Below, in pieces: positions 22,201 to 34,901 of a DNA stretch of 64,000 bases (position 1 is the first letter of the stretch; each line of letters opens with the position of its first letter). The position numbers were made by a program, and so were the translations under genes. Below the pieces are notes generated by a model, which saw only the letters and a program-made list of their open reading frames with translations, ran no database searches and had not been told where the DNA came from. The DNA comes from Azolla caroliniana. Taxonomy: Eukaryota > Plantae > Polypodiophyta. The DNA lies in contig JBHGNT010000015.1 of NCBI GenBank assembly GCA_043228905.1, forward strand, positions 1,612,001-1,676,000. Reading direction: 5' to 3'.

Positions 22201-23067
22201 ACTCTACATTTACTTCGTTTTTTTGGTACATTTTTATCAGGAGTATCAAGTTCAGCAACAACAGCCACAAATGGTGGTGTGGATTGAAGCATAATAGTAT
22301 GTTGAAAGGATGAGTGACGACGGTGTGGGGGTTGAAGCAATCATGAGGGGTTCTTCAAGAGAGAAAGTCAAAGTATCAAGTTCAGCAACAGCAACCACAG
22401 ATGGTAAAACCGTTTAAAGAGAACGCTTCTGGAAAGGTAAATAATGTTTCTATGGATGAGGTGTCAAATGATAAAGAGAACGAAGCTCTTTTGGGTAGTG
22501 AAACTACGGTTGAAAGCATTCACTTTAAGATGTCAAATCTGAATATTGACCTGCTTACCGATTTGAAGATTGAGAGTGGTGGCAATGCCGAGCATATTGA
22601 AGAAGTGAATCTTGATGATAACATACATGCCAAAAATATCATGATAGATTCAGGATCATCAAAGATTGTTTCAAACATGGCTGCAATGAAGACACTCTTG
22701 ATTTCTTCGACCAGTTGCACAATGCGTATTGGATGACATCACATACAATTGTATCTTCAAGGCCTATATTACCAAGACAGCCATCAATAAAGGAACAGAG
22801 ATTTATGATGACATTCTGAAGAAGGACATGTTGGAGGGAAAAACTAAATATCACTATGTATGTGAAATGTGGAATGCGGGATAGGTCTTAAGAATTCGTT
22901 GATGAACTTTTGGTTTGGAATGTAGTCTCAAGAGCCCACTATTGGCTACACAAGTGTTCGATAGTTTGTTACTTAATTATGTTGAATTTTTGTAATACTG
23001 GACTGTTTTGTTGTATATTGCCTTTGGCCACTTTATTTAATACCAATGGAGGATATTTTTATGGGGA
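19285..23067 (+). mobile_element. 5'-truncated L1-clade LINE with a ~1.75-kb 3' extension and 17-bp TSD
   Basis: RYLGCQVG...LSLPGRVVVANSVLLASIWY...EGGLGL and zf-RVT CVCCQLHEETLKHLFWTC. AAAAGCAAGCAATTGGT is duplicated at 19268-19284 and 23068-23084. Confidence 0.88.
21645..22400. repeat. 159-bp tandem repeat (~4.7 copies) in the L1 3' region
   Basis: GGGGTGAGGAAATACTCTA recurs at ~159-bp spacing (~21713, 21872, 22031, 22189). Confidence 0.95.
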
Positions 23068-23751
23068 AAAAGCAAGCAATTGGTGCGAAGAGAGGAGCAC
23101 CAGTCAACATTTCAGAAGATCTTATTGGCTGCTCCCCAAACACTTCCAAGGCACACACCGGAAAAATGCAAAGAGGTGCAAGTTGAGCTAGGAGGCGGTT
23201 GCCAATATGTGCGACGGAGAAGATTCGATGCTTGCATTGTGATGTCTCGACCCTTAGATCAAGGGACTTGAATGTTGATTGTTGCAAGAATTGTGGGTGC
23301 ATCTTGCCATCATCTCCAGATGAGCCATAAACATAGCTTGAGTGGTTTTGCAAACCAATGCATTTTGGTTTACGTTGTTTTAAAGTGTATTTATGTTAAA
23401 AGGATGTCATATGTTGATTTATGTCTTAAGTTTTATGTTATAAGTTTATTTCAGTTTTAAGTTTTATGTTTCAAGTATGTTATAAGTTGATTTATGTTTT
23501 ATGTTTTATGTTTTATGTTTTAAGATTATTATTTGTTTTATGTTTAATATGGTGAAGTTCGTCGATTTTGGAAATTTTGATGTTTGATTTTGTGACAGTT
23601 TGATCTATTATTGTAAGTTTTTTTTTTCCAAAAAATGTTATTGTAAGTTTTAAGTTTCAAGATCACGCTTATTTGAATATTTTTGGGCAATCTGCAAGGA
23701 GTTGGGCGACCTCTGATAGGGTTGGGCGACCTTTGACAGGGTTGGGTGACC

Positions 23752-25228
23752 AAAGAAAGAAAGATATATTAACGTCTTCTTAAGGCCAAAATTAGCTCGT
23801 GAGATAGTTGGTTTACAACAAAATGGGTATTTATCCAATCATCAGAACTAAAATAAAATAAAGTAAAAATAGAACTTAAACTAAAAGAGTTCTAGTAGTG
23901 TACAAAATGTGGTATACTCGATAAAAGGAAGTGACTTTGCACTAAGCTTAATTTCATTTCCACCCAAGCCTCTCGAAAAGAAGGGGGAGGTCAAAGGGTT
24001 TTGGTGTGGGTGTGACCCATGGTCTCAGTGTATAGAGTGCCCTAGTCATGGCTTCTAGGCGATGTAGCTCACGTTCCCTTATTTTCTTTATTGCTTCTAC
24101 ACCACGTCAAGTTGCTTTGAAACACGACATCCGAGGCTATTTGGTTTTTCGTTGGTTTTCTGCTTCATCAAGGAAAAGGCCGAGTGTTGCAAGTGTGTCG
24201 ACATTCGTTGTCTCCCCCTGTTCTTGAAAAACTTCATTTCTTACATGTTGGTGAACATTAGCAACATTATTGTCAGCATTTTGCAACTTATTCTCTTTGT
24301 GTTGTTTTAGCTCTAGGATGTATCTGCCTAATTTCTTTATATCTAGAGTATCTAATAGTTTGGGGAGGGTAGGAGAGGAACCAAGTATGTCTTGGTATTT
24401 TGCCCTTACCTCGGCGTAGGTGGGACACTTGCATGTAAAGTGGTACTCATCCTCTATCTCTATGTGGCATAACCTACATATCCTTTCCTCCCTAGGGACT
24501 CCATTAGTACGACCATTCTCAATCTCAAGTTGGTGAGATGATATTCTAAGTTGTCCAATGGCAACCCTTAGTGCATGTGGTAAGAATACATCTAGATATT
24601 TTGGCCCCGTAATAAAACCTAACTTAGAGAAGTGCATGAAGTGTTCCTTATAGTACAACATTTTAGATGGGAGTGGCTCTAGTGGGGTGATCCATTTATA
24701 CCAAGTGTAAATTTGCCATATTTCTTGGCGTATTGCTTTATTGCGGTCCTCATGAGAGATTTAAGTGTTACCAATCGCGTGGTTGTACCTAAGGGGAGGG
24801 AAGTTATTAATGTCTAGACCGTTCACAAGAAGCCAACTCACCATCATGCCATACCATGAGCTAGTATAGCCAGACTCATACAGTGATCGAGAGGCCTTAA
24901 AGGTTTGTTAGGATATTCTATCATGTGGTTGGCTATTTATCCTGTGGATAAAGACTACAAGTTGAAAAAGTGCATCTACTAACATCGGGGGTAAAGTGAA
25001 CGCAGCCCTAATAAAGTCATGTGGTACTGTCGATTTGCTTCGGAGTTGGCGTGATAACATTATCACCAATGGTCTCTCTAATTGCCTCCACATGAAAGAT
25101 GGTAATCCTGGAGCCCAAACCACTAATGCATACATGAGGGAGGGAGTCACCAATGAGTCAAAGAGCCACCCTTTAGTCTGTGGCTCTCGAAAGTATGCTT
25201 GATGGAATTGTCTCTCCCAAGACTCAAA
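23752..25228 (-). mobile_element. 5'-truncated RTEX-like LINE inserted in the right subterminal motif array of the MULE
   Basis: SSHQLEIENGR...EERICRLCHIEIEDEYHFTCKC, upstream WLFDSLVTPSLMY, and a (CTTT)n tail at 23752-23763. GTTGGGYGACC flanks it on both sides. Confidence 0.88.
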
Positions 25229-26054
25229 GTTGGGCGACCTCTGACAGATTATTTTTCGCACGTTCTTTCTTATCCAAATCGGACGGTGCAAATGACATGC
25301 GCCATCAGCTGAGTGATTTGCACCGTTTGTGGCCACGATTCCCTCACCAACCGTATTTATGATTTGATGCATAATAGACATGAGCGGTAGGAACACCTTT
25401 CGCAATTGTTCACATCCCTCATGTGAATGAATGACAAACTTGTTGTGTCGTTTTCATTCTCTTTGGGTGACACTCAGATGTGTACTTAATTTCCTTTGAA
25501 ATATTAGTTCTATGTAGGGGATTGGACCTTAAGATAGTGGAAGGACATGAAGCTCATAACTTATCCTCTGATTCAATGATGTACTCACCAAGAAACATCT
25601 AACCTACTAGTATGACCACAAGTTTCATCCATCTAGCATGCAACAACTACCAAGGGCTGTACATCAATTGCTATTGCATGTAGGAGGCAACAATGACTAT
25701 TGACAATTAAACATCTAAACTAAGTCACCAATACATTTTCATGAAGTATATCAATTGTGATTAGTCCATGAACACACAATATCTCAATGTTGTCAAACCA
25801 TTCTAACTCAATGCTGATCTCAAGCAAAATCTTGTTTCTCTTATTCTGCTTGTGTATAATAAATTTTAATTTTGGTTATCAATTCAATATTGTTATTTTC
25901 CTTCAATCCTTGACAGCGGGTATCAAATCAAATTCATTAAAGCCCAATAATGAGAGCCAAGCAACACGTTCTAATAATATCAAGGCTAGCATTAAATATT
26001 ATGTTGCTGATGTCACCTTAATGGTCAAGGGTCCCAATCAATTGTCTGCACATC

Positions 26055-26345
26055 AAGAACATGGATGATTGTAGCTAAATTCACAAAGCACCAGCTATTG
26101 CCAATCTTGGTTGGCTATGGCTATATGTTTATATCATGCATAATCAACCAGAACGTCTTAAAACAATTGCATCAACAACAACAAACAAATAGAGTTAGAA
26201 ACTCCAGGAACATGGATGATTCACCAAAGCACCAGTTATTGCCAATCTTTGATTGGCTATGGATATGTCTATGTCATGCACAATTGACCCAGAACGTCAA
26301 GTCATTCTAAACAATGGCATTGACAACAACAAAACAAATAGAGGT
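26055..26345. repeat. Tandem duplication (~140-150 bp x2) downstream of the ARK gene
   Basis: AACATGGATGATT...AAAGCACCAG(C/T)TATTGCCAATCTT...CCAGAACGTC...CAACAACAA occurs twice. Confidence 0.8.
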
Positions 26346-26720
26346 AGACATGGAGCTGGATTATTTGAGATGACAAAAGTCAAAACTGAACTGAAGAGCT
26401 TCCATGAGATATCGAAAGATACTCAAGAGAGATCACAAAGTAGGCCTTTTTACAACATGGATAGAGTATTGTTTTCTTTTCTGTACACCCAACACCCTTA
26501 TGTACATACTACACTCAAGACGACAAAAATCCTAATGGAAAAAAGGGGGCCGGATGGTGTATACATTGTATATATGTTTTTTTGTAAGAAAGCACTTTAG
26601 CAATCAATCATCTGATTCCTCAGGCGCGTGATATATGACCATATTTCCAGTCATATAAATATGTGTGTATATATATATATATATATTATTTATCTCTAAC
26701 CATGGATGATGTGGTTCTGT

Positions 26721-29700
26721 TCAGAGATTCAATTTGTACTCAATTTTGAGTTGTGACTGAAAAGTTGGGCTTGCAGTAATTGTTCTCTTGGCAAGACTTC
26801 TAATATCCTCCCTCGAGCACTTCTCAGATATCCTTACAATCTCAGCTAAAGCTCCAGCTGCAACCAAGTCCTCAGCATTTACCTCTGAAAAGGTAGGACC
26901 AATATTTTATCATGTATTAGTCCAAACTCATGTTTTACTTAGTGTATGTTCCACTGAAAAGCCATATCAAAAGAAATTGCACAGGACAAAAATAATACCA
27001 TGCTGAGCTAGATGGCACAGGGCTAGCTCAATATGTCGACGAACAGGTGAGACTTCAGTGGTAGCATTTGTAACCAACCATGTCAATGCCCCGTCCTCTA
27101 TAAGGAGGGATTTCCCTGTCTTTTGTCCTGGTACGTTGATCATTGAAAAATCCAAATAGAAACGTGAAATGTTAGTTATTTTCAGTCTCGGCTAAGTAAA
27201 CTATTTCAATGATGAATGTTACGTCTAACCTTGAGCAACAACTCGGGACTCGCATTTTGCAAAGTTAGCTATTCCTCTAGCAATTTGTGCCAACACGTCA
27301 GGATGCTCAGATCGGGCCATCCCAAGAAGTGCTTTAATTCCACCTTCTTCCCTCAACTTTATCTGCAACTTATCTGCAAAGTTTAATCAAATATACAAGT
27401 TCCAAGCATTTAGTACTAAACATTGTAAACCCTGTCTTATCTATGGCTATACAAAAGACATGAAATGATAATACCATTTCCGCACAGATTTGCAATTGCA
27501 CCAGCAACCATTCGCATTGTCTGAGGATCTATTGCCGCATTGGCCATTGAAGACAAGAGCTTAATTCCACTCTGAGTTGTGATGAGTTCCTGGTTGGTCT
27601 CTGCCTCATAGAAAAAGAATTGAGTGGAAGCAGAAAATGAATCTAGTTTTTCCATTGTTTAAAATACTGTGAGCTTACCATTCATGGCAAGGTTGGCAAT
27701 AGCACCAGCAGCCACACGTCTAATAGTTTCATCCTCTGAACTTCGTAACAACTTCAGCAGCGAAGAAAGACCACCAGCTGCTACGATCTTATCCTGATTA
27801 GATTCTATATTGAATACATAACATGTCAGTATAACAGAACCCAAGAACTCTTGATTATCAGATGCAAAAGGCAACTTAGCATTAAGATTTGTAATTTGTA
27901 ACCTTCTGCTGCAAGATTAGCAACAACTTTAACAGCATGGACTCGAACGTCGACATCATCTGATTCCAATAATGCCAATATCTTGTCCAAACCCACTACA
28001 CAAATCAAGAAGAATCATGTTAGAAATGATAGCACGATTACGTAAAATACATGCTCGATTCTACAAGTTTCCAATTCTGAAATTTGTTCTTCTAACTATG
28101 ATGTTTCCGCATTACCTTTCTCAAAGAGTTTCCCAATAGTAACTCTTTGCCCATTTATTGTTTCCCGTAGATGTTTATTAGCTTTATTCGGTGAATCAGA
28201 ACCAGTCTTTGTAAGTTCTCTTTCCCCGAGTTTTCCTGTCTGATGATGAAGAGATAACTCAGTCACCCACGTCTTAATGAAATAAAAATCAATACTTAGC
28301 AAGCAGTACCTCATAGGCATCGCAACTTTCCTGTACAATTTGCTGCTTAAGATACTTTATTTCATTCTCAAGCTCTTCTTTTTGCAGCACTTGTTCAGCC
28401 AGTTCTTTTTTCAACGATATTAGCTCATCTGCTAGTCCTGCATCCTGGGGAATACAAACTGCTGAATATTGATTCATAATTTGTCTTTTTCAAATGCAGT
28501 TTTAATAGATTCAAAGTGTGATCGAATGCCAACAATTATCTGTGGATTATCTTCTCCATTTAGAAACAAAAAATCAAGGATCTTTAAATACCCACAATTC
28601 ATGTAAAATGGATGACACCCTACCATCACCAAAGATTAGGGTAGGGATTTGGCAGTGACATAGGATAGTCATAAATGCGGATCAAGCAACCAAGGAACTA
28701 GGAGACACTCTCGTTAAATATATGTGTATAGTTCGACAACTTCCTCAAAGCATATTATATTGCTAGACAGCAGAGGCCCGGAAAAGAACCTTTAACAGTA
28801 AAACAGAAATTTGATACTAATGTGTAATGCAACAAAACGTTATATATTCTTATCCAATGATAGATAAATCTTCCAATCCAGCAGAGTTGGGTTTATCAAT
28901 CAATGCTTTCAGGCATACACTGTAACACAAAGTATCTATTGCCAATAAAAACATTAGTCTTGATTCAGATCTCTTTTTTTCATAAATATCCCCCCCTCCT
29001 CTCTCTCTCTCTCTCTCTACTAAGCATCACTTGCAAATTTACGTGAAAGGGCAGCCTAGGTTTGTATGCTGGGCAACTTGTAAACATGGAGAGAATAAAT
29101 CACTCGTAATTAATTAATTTGAGGATGTTCTATGGTGAATAAAACCTCTTCTTTCGGTGCCATTTTGTTTTGAGATTTCCTTTCCATCAGCTCTCTTTCA
29201 GATGTTTCTCTCAACCTAGTTGCCTTCTCCAATTTCCTTGAAAGCTCCAACAGTTTCTCTTTACTTTCTACCTGCTTAAACCAAAAGACTATCAATAAGT
29301 TTTCCTAAATCCTATCAAGAAAGTTGATTTATTGAAATATTCATGGCTAGCACAGAAATACCTTAAACGTGGCTTCTCCTTTCACTCCATTCTCTATGTT
29401 TTCTAGTCTTTGCTCTAAAGCTTCCCTTTGCACACGTTCTGCTTCAAATTTGTGAGTCATCTCTGCGATTTCAGATTGATACTTTTCTATGCATGCTTCC
29501 AGTTCTTTCTGCTTGCTTGCTCTATCATTCTCCATGAACATCTGTGAACAAAACACAATATTCAGCACTCAATCTTCAGACCCAAATCTTAAGCCCAACA
29601 TTTAAAACAGCAGATCCACCTCTTTCCCAGATATAGCAGATTCTTTCTCTGTTTTGAGACTAATTTTTAGGTCCTTGAGCTCATTTTCTAGCTCAACATG

Positions 29701-32374
29701 TTCTTGTTCCAGCTTTCTTAATGTTTCCTTTGTCTCCCTCTGAAGCCTCTTCTCTTCTGTGGCAGCATGCTGTTTAATTCAAACTAAAAGCTCAAATGCA
29801 TGTTTTTTGCTTCTACAAAATTCATAGCCTCAAGACATATCATGATAATAGAGATGCAAATAGAGAAGGAAATGGACTAGACCTCCTTTAGTGCCTGCAA
29901 CTGTTTTTCTGCCTCTTTCGCACATAAATGAGCTTCAGCAACCTTTCTTTGCATTTCATACTCAACAACAAGCATCCCCTTTCTCAATCGTTCATTGTCC
30001 GAGGTCAATCTATCCACATCCATCTGTAGTTTCTTGGAAAGGGTTTGGTAATCGAATTCCTCCTTCAGCTTAAGCATATTTTCTACCTTCATCGCCTGAG
30101 TAAAGGTTAAAGATTAAATACACAACTAAATCAGCCTTACCATATCCAGGAAACTTGAAAGACAGTAGAATGAAATTCCAAAAGACCCTCATACTCTTTG
30201 ACCAAACAAGATAGTACTTGTTGTCTCTCCTCGATGCTGTGGTGATGGCCCAATAGTTATGATCAAGGATGTCCTTGCAGTTCCTAAGAAATATTGACAG
30301 TTCGATGGAAATTAAGAAGGGAAATTATGGGAATTCCCAGCAAAAACTGTGCTTCATTTAAAAATTTGCACAAGTACCTCCAAACGAATCTCGGAGAAGT
30401 CGAGTTAATTTTGAGTCTCTAATGGGAACATGTGGACTCCCTTCAGCGAGTGCATTAATGCATTTTCCAAGGGATGTAAGCGAAAGATTGATAAATTTAG
30501 CCTCCTCTAACAAAAGGCCATCACTGCCTGAAATAATGGAGCAAAAAACGTTCTTCACGAATAAACCTTTTCAAGAGGAATGTTATTTTGGAATACACTT
30601 AATGCTATCCCTTTCTAATGAAAAAATCCGAACCAGATTTGTGAATCCTTTCTGAGCCTGCCAAGTCCACGATAAGTAATTTGCTCTGCCTTATCATTGA
30701 AACTCCACATCCTTTGGAGTCTTTGCTTGTCTTCAGATTTGAACCATTTTCATCTAGAACCATCAATTCTCGATCTTGTTTAACTTTAACTGCCTTTTTA
30801 ACACTGACCTATCAAACCAAGAAGTCTTATGCTTAGCAATTAAAAGCCAACAGCTCACGTTTAAGAGACATAAAGGTAGATAAAGATCTCTTTAAAGATG
30901 CAGAGAGTTCAACACCTTACCAGAAGTAAAGCATGACTTCGAGATGATTCGGTGTTCATCTTGGTATTTGCTGCAATTCGGTTAGATTCGCCAACTTTTA
31001 GGAGATGAAGAAAGCTCTCATGGTCCCTAATTTCAACAGAAGTTGCTCCAGGCAGTGAGACATCGCCAGTCTTTGGGTCTTCGACAACTGTGAGATTTTC
31101 CTTTCCTGGGGTAAGAAGATCATGTACATTCTCCATATACAACTGTCGAACAGAAAAAAAGCAATTGCTTTCAGAAGGGAGATAGATCGCATGCATGATT
31201 TTAGACGCACACAAATCTGGCCATTTAACTCATATGTTACTACTTCATTCCATGTCTAGGGATGCCTAGCTCCACATACCATGTTTGAGGAAAATACACA
31301 TAGCATGCCTAGCTCAGCCTAGTTCATTCCATGTTCTAGGAATGCCTAGTTGCAAGTATAGGAAATAGATGTATTGAAATTAATAAAGGGTAGTGAAGGG
31401 TTACTTGCAGATAGGAAACCGTCACTGTATCATGATCAACTGGTGATATATTGGAAAGAATATCTTCCAGAGCTCGCACCATAATTCCGCGCTCGGCAAC
31501 ATCTTCTTCACCAAGTTTGCCAAGGGTGAATGTTTTTCCTGTGCCGGTTTGTCCATAAGCCATGACAGTGCCATTATATCCCTCTAGAACACTCTGATAA
31601 AAAAGAAAGTTTGTATACCGCATAAATCTTCTATTCAATTCTTAACATGGAGAGAAATGTTGTCATAAAAGGTGGAAGGGAATTATGGAAGAACCTCTAC
31701 TACTGGCTTTGCTACCACTTCATAAACTCGTTTTTGTGATGCGGTTTCATTCAGGATGTCATCAAATTGATACGTATCACAGTCCCAGTTATTCTTTCTT
31801 AGTTTCAACCTCTTTAGCTACATGAAATAAAGGGCAAATGGAAAGTGGATACAATCACATCACTTGAAATGAAGACTTTAACCTCTCACAAGTGTGCATA
31901 AGAAAGGAAACCACCTCTGGCATGAGTTCAACATAGTCAGCAAAATCAGCATCCTTTCTTAGTTCTTCTGAATTTCTGGGACGAAGCCTCACAGAAACCC
32001 TAACCCTTCCTGGCACTGGAAATAGGCATATTTATAGTGTCAATTATATTTCTAAAACTACTTTAGCTTACATATATAAGATGCACAATAGGAAGACAAG
32101 AGAAAAACAAACCTTGCGCATTATCATTCCTGCTGCTTCTGCTTACTCGTCTCTCTCGTTCATGCTTTGAAATAGATTTAGTTCTAGAAGTAGGTGGTGA
32201 GCCACTTGATGTAGGTGATTGTTTTCCATTGGAGCTTATTGAAAGGGATCTCTCCAGACGCACCATCTCTCTTTTGGATGATCCACCTGAAGGAACGTTA
32301 AGGTCAACTCTAAAATTAGCAGCAAGTGCCATTTCCACGTTATTGATGATTATAGAAGAATCAATCCATAACAT
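26721..32374 (-). CDS. ARK: Armadillo-repeat kinesin (ARK / kinesin-UA/UB family), multi-exon (about 19 coding exons)
   Basis: Kinesin motor motifs [47 protein letters not shown] and [13 protein letters not shown], then a coiled coil and ARM repeats ([42 protein letters not shown]). Introns are GT-AG and the stop is at 26721-26723. The start is 32374 or 32332, with probable 5'UTR exons up to ~34350. Confidence 0.95.
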
Positions 32375-33024
32375 ATATCTTCTGCCTAGTTCAGATCCTG
32401 AGTAAAGGAAAGGTCAAATTAATTCAAGGAATGCAATGCAGTCATTTTAAATGAGGAAATGTTGTGGTTTTATATAATGATAACCTGAATTGTGTATAAT
32501 TCAAGAGAGGATTTCTATCTGCAGATCACGATTCTTTCTTGGATCAGAGACAATCTACCTCTGAATAAGGATGTAGGCACGGATTAATATTATCTATGAT
32601 GAAATCCTCAGGCTAATCCATGATGAAATCCTCAGGGTCAGGGTTCGATCTTCATGGCGCTAATGGCAAGAAAGGGATAGGGGAACGCGTGGAATAAGAA
32701 GGAGGAGGAGGAGGAGGAGAAGATGGTTAAAGGGATCACACTACAGTGCACGACGAGTCTACTAGGCTGGAACAAACGACGTGCGCAGGTCCCTCGTTCA
32801 AGCAAAGGTTCAGGGACGAAATCTAAGGTACATAGCTGTCTGCTAGTGAAAGGAATGAGAATATAATCAGAATACCAGCTATGCTTCTTTTTCTTGTCGA
32901 TTTATTTTTATAAGGAAAACATAAAACGACCGGTATGGAGAAGTAGTCGCCTTGCCACGATTTATTTGTTTACGACCAAAAAACCATATTTATTTATTTT
33001 TCTTTGATTCAACGTCCGGAATCA

Positions 33025-33520
33025 TATTTTCAAACAATTCGAAAAGAATAAGGAAACTAGGCATGCATGAAGAAAGACTAATATCTCGCGTTGGAATACC
33101 CCAGAGACATACTTAGCTGGTTAAGTTTCTTCAGAAATAGGAAGCGAGATTAATGGTTCAACTAAGCACCTTTCTCGTCTGCTTTTTCCCTCTGCCACGT
33201 GCCTCCATTTCTAAATGCATTTCAAAGTTTTGAAAAGAGGAAAACAGGCATGAATGAAGATGAATCTTAGCTATGGAATTAAGTAGCTGATTTAAGTCGG
33301 AGTAACCTTGAAAAAAGATATAATTAATGAATGTGCACGGTTCTTCTCGGGTTTAGTATTGGCCAAAGTGATGAGGCTTTTTTTCTGCCAATTGCGTCGA
33401 TGTCTCAATGCATTTCAAAGTTTTGAAAAGACAAAATTAGGTTTAGATGAAGAAGAAGCCTAGCTGTGGAACTCCGCTCCGCAGCCATAAGTGGCTGCTT
33501 TATTTCTGAGCAAACTTGAA
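33025..33520. repeat. Diverged ~190-bp tandem triplication upstream of the ARK coding region
   Basis: CATTTCAAAGTTTTGAAAAGA...AGG...ATGAAGA occurs near 33030, 33219 and 33411. Confidence 0.65.
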
Positions 33521-34358
33521 CCTACTCAAAACATCAACTTTCATGTCCTGATCATGATGCAGGCAAGGAACAGGCGGAGGTTATCTGAGCAACTTGCTGC
33601 ATAAAATACTTTAAGAAGATCATGACCTGTGTAAGAATGCGAGATTTACAGTAGAAATTGGCAGAAGTAAGCAAGCTACGCAGAAGAAGATGTGATATAT
33701 TGAGTTCGTTTCAAAAACGTTGATATCGCATCGCGTCTTCTGGTGAAAGAAAGGAAAACACTACGAAAAAACACATTATTGTGGTGTCAATGATTAAAAG
33801 AAGACAAGGAGACTTGTGTCTGTTAGCTGTGTACTGTAAGTCTGTGTGAAGGCAGAAACAGGACCAAAGAGGCACAGTAGATAGGAAATATTACCTGTTT
33901 TGTTCACAAAATCAAACGAATTCCTCCGGAGAACCTTCAAATTCAGAGAAGCCATGACAATGAGTGCAAACCTCCGGTATGAATAGAGAAACGTGGCCAA
34001 ACGTGTGTGCGTGCGCGCGCGCCTTACCTGAGAGAGCGACAGAGAGGAGATTCAGCTTTCTTCGCAAATTCGAACGGATAACTCTCCGGAGGAGCTACAA
34101 GGTTCCTTCAAATCCCACAGACAATGGCAAAGCGTGAGAACCTGCAGTATGAAGGTATGAAAGGGAGAAACATGACCGAGAGAGACCGAGTACCTGGAGA
34201 GACAGACAGACAGAGACAGCTTCGTTTACGCAATTCGAGCTGAAGCCTTGGAAGGATCTGTCAGGTAGCATGAAGATGGAGAGCTATGGGAGGAACGAGA
34301 TTACAGGAGGAGCTTCAACATGAAGGAGCCATGGCGAGAGGCGTGGAAGCTGCAGAGG

Positions 34359-34402
<44 letters not shown>

Positions 34403-34446
34403 CAGTGTGTGTGTGTGTGTGTGTAAGAGAGAGAAAGAGAGAGACA

Positions 34447-34482
<36 letters not shown>

Positions 34483-34510
34483 CAGTGTGTGTGTGTGTGT
34501 GTGTGTGTGT
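34359..34510. repeat. Compound (GT)n(GA)n microsatellite with a higher-order unit
   Basis: (GT)n(GA)nCA is repeated about 3.5 times. Confidence 0.95.
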
Positions 34511-34667
34511 TCAGAATTTTGTTTACAAACCCATTGTGTCTGTCTCGTCTTTTGCTTTTTGCTTTTTGCTTTCTGCTTTCCTGAGCCTTTTGGAAATTTG
34601 AATTTGAAAAAACCACCATCTATCAAACCCCTCTCCCTCACACGCAATAAAGCAACTTATGAGTTGT

Positions 34668-34901
34668 TGTGAAGCCTGCAACGCCTCGGTTCAAGCCCAA
34701 AACCGAGCCGCTAAACCCTTTTTTTAAAAACGGTTTGGAGGTTCGATTCCGGCTTGAGCTTTGTTAACCGGCTTGATCCAAACCTGATTGGGGGTAAACC
34801 GATTAAGGCTGAACGGTTTGGTCAAGCTAGTGTTGAATACCCAGTTTGGTTTAAACAAGGCCAAACCGGCTAAGCTGAAATCGAAGCGTTGCAAATTCCT
34901 A
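34668..34901. mobile_element. hAT-derived MITE upstream of ARK
   Basis: Inverted ends TGCAACGCCTCGGTT ... AATCGAAGCGTTGCAAATTCCTA, with internal AAACCG/CGGTTT/AACCGG motifs. Confidence 0.65.

Larger units (their letters stand above)
16770..23330 (+). pseudogene. MULE (MuDR-type) transposase with SWIM finger, decayed and interrupted by an L1 insertion at 19285-23067
   Basis: AIDSMFKTNQFGLPLYA (first D), NAIVIDKS (second D), DTMNIVERHWQFIK (E) and SWIM-like YCDCQD...KC. The frame ...GGSIRQKQAIG resumes after the insertion as AKRGAPVNI...CLHC...CKNCG. Confidence 0.8.

Noticed and set aside
21616-22270. Repetitive minus-strand ORFs (LTPHDCFSPH...) and a CRISPR-like look
   Set aside because: A plain 159-bp tandem repeat without unique spacers; frames are broken between units, and the context is eukaryotic with no cas genes.
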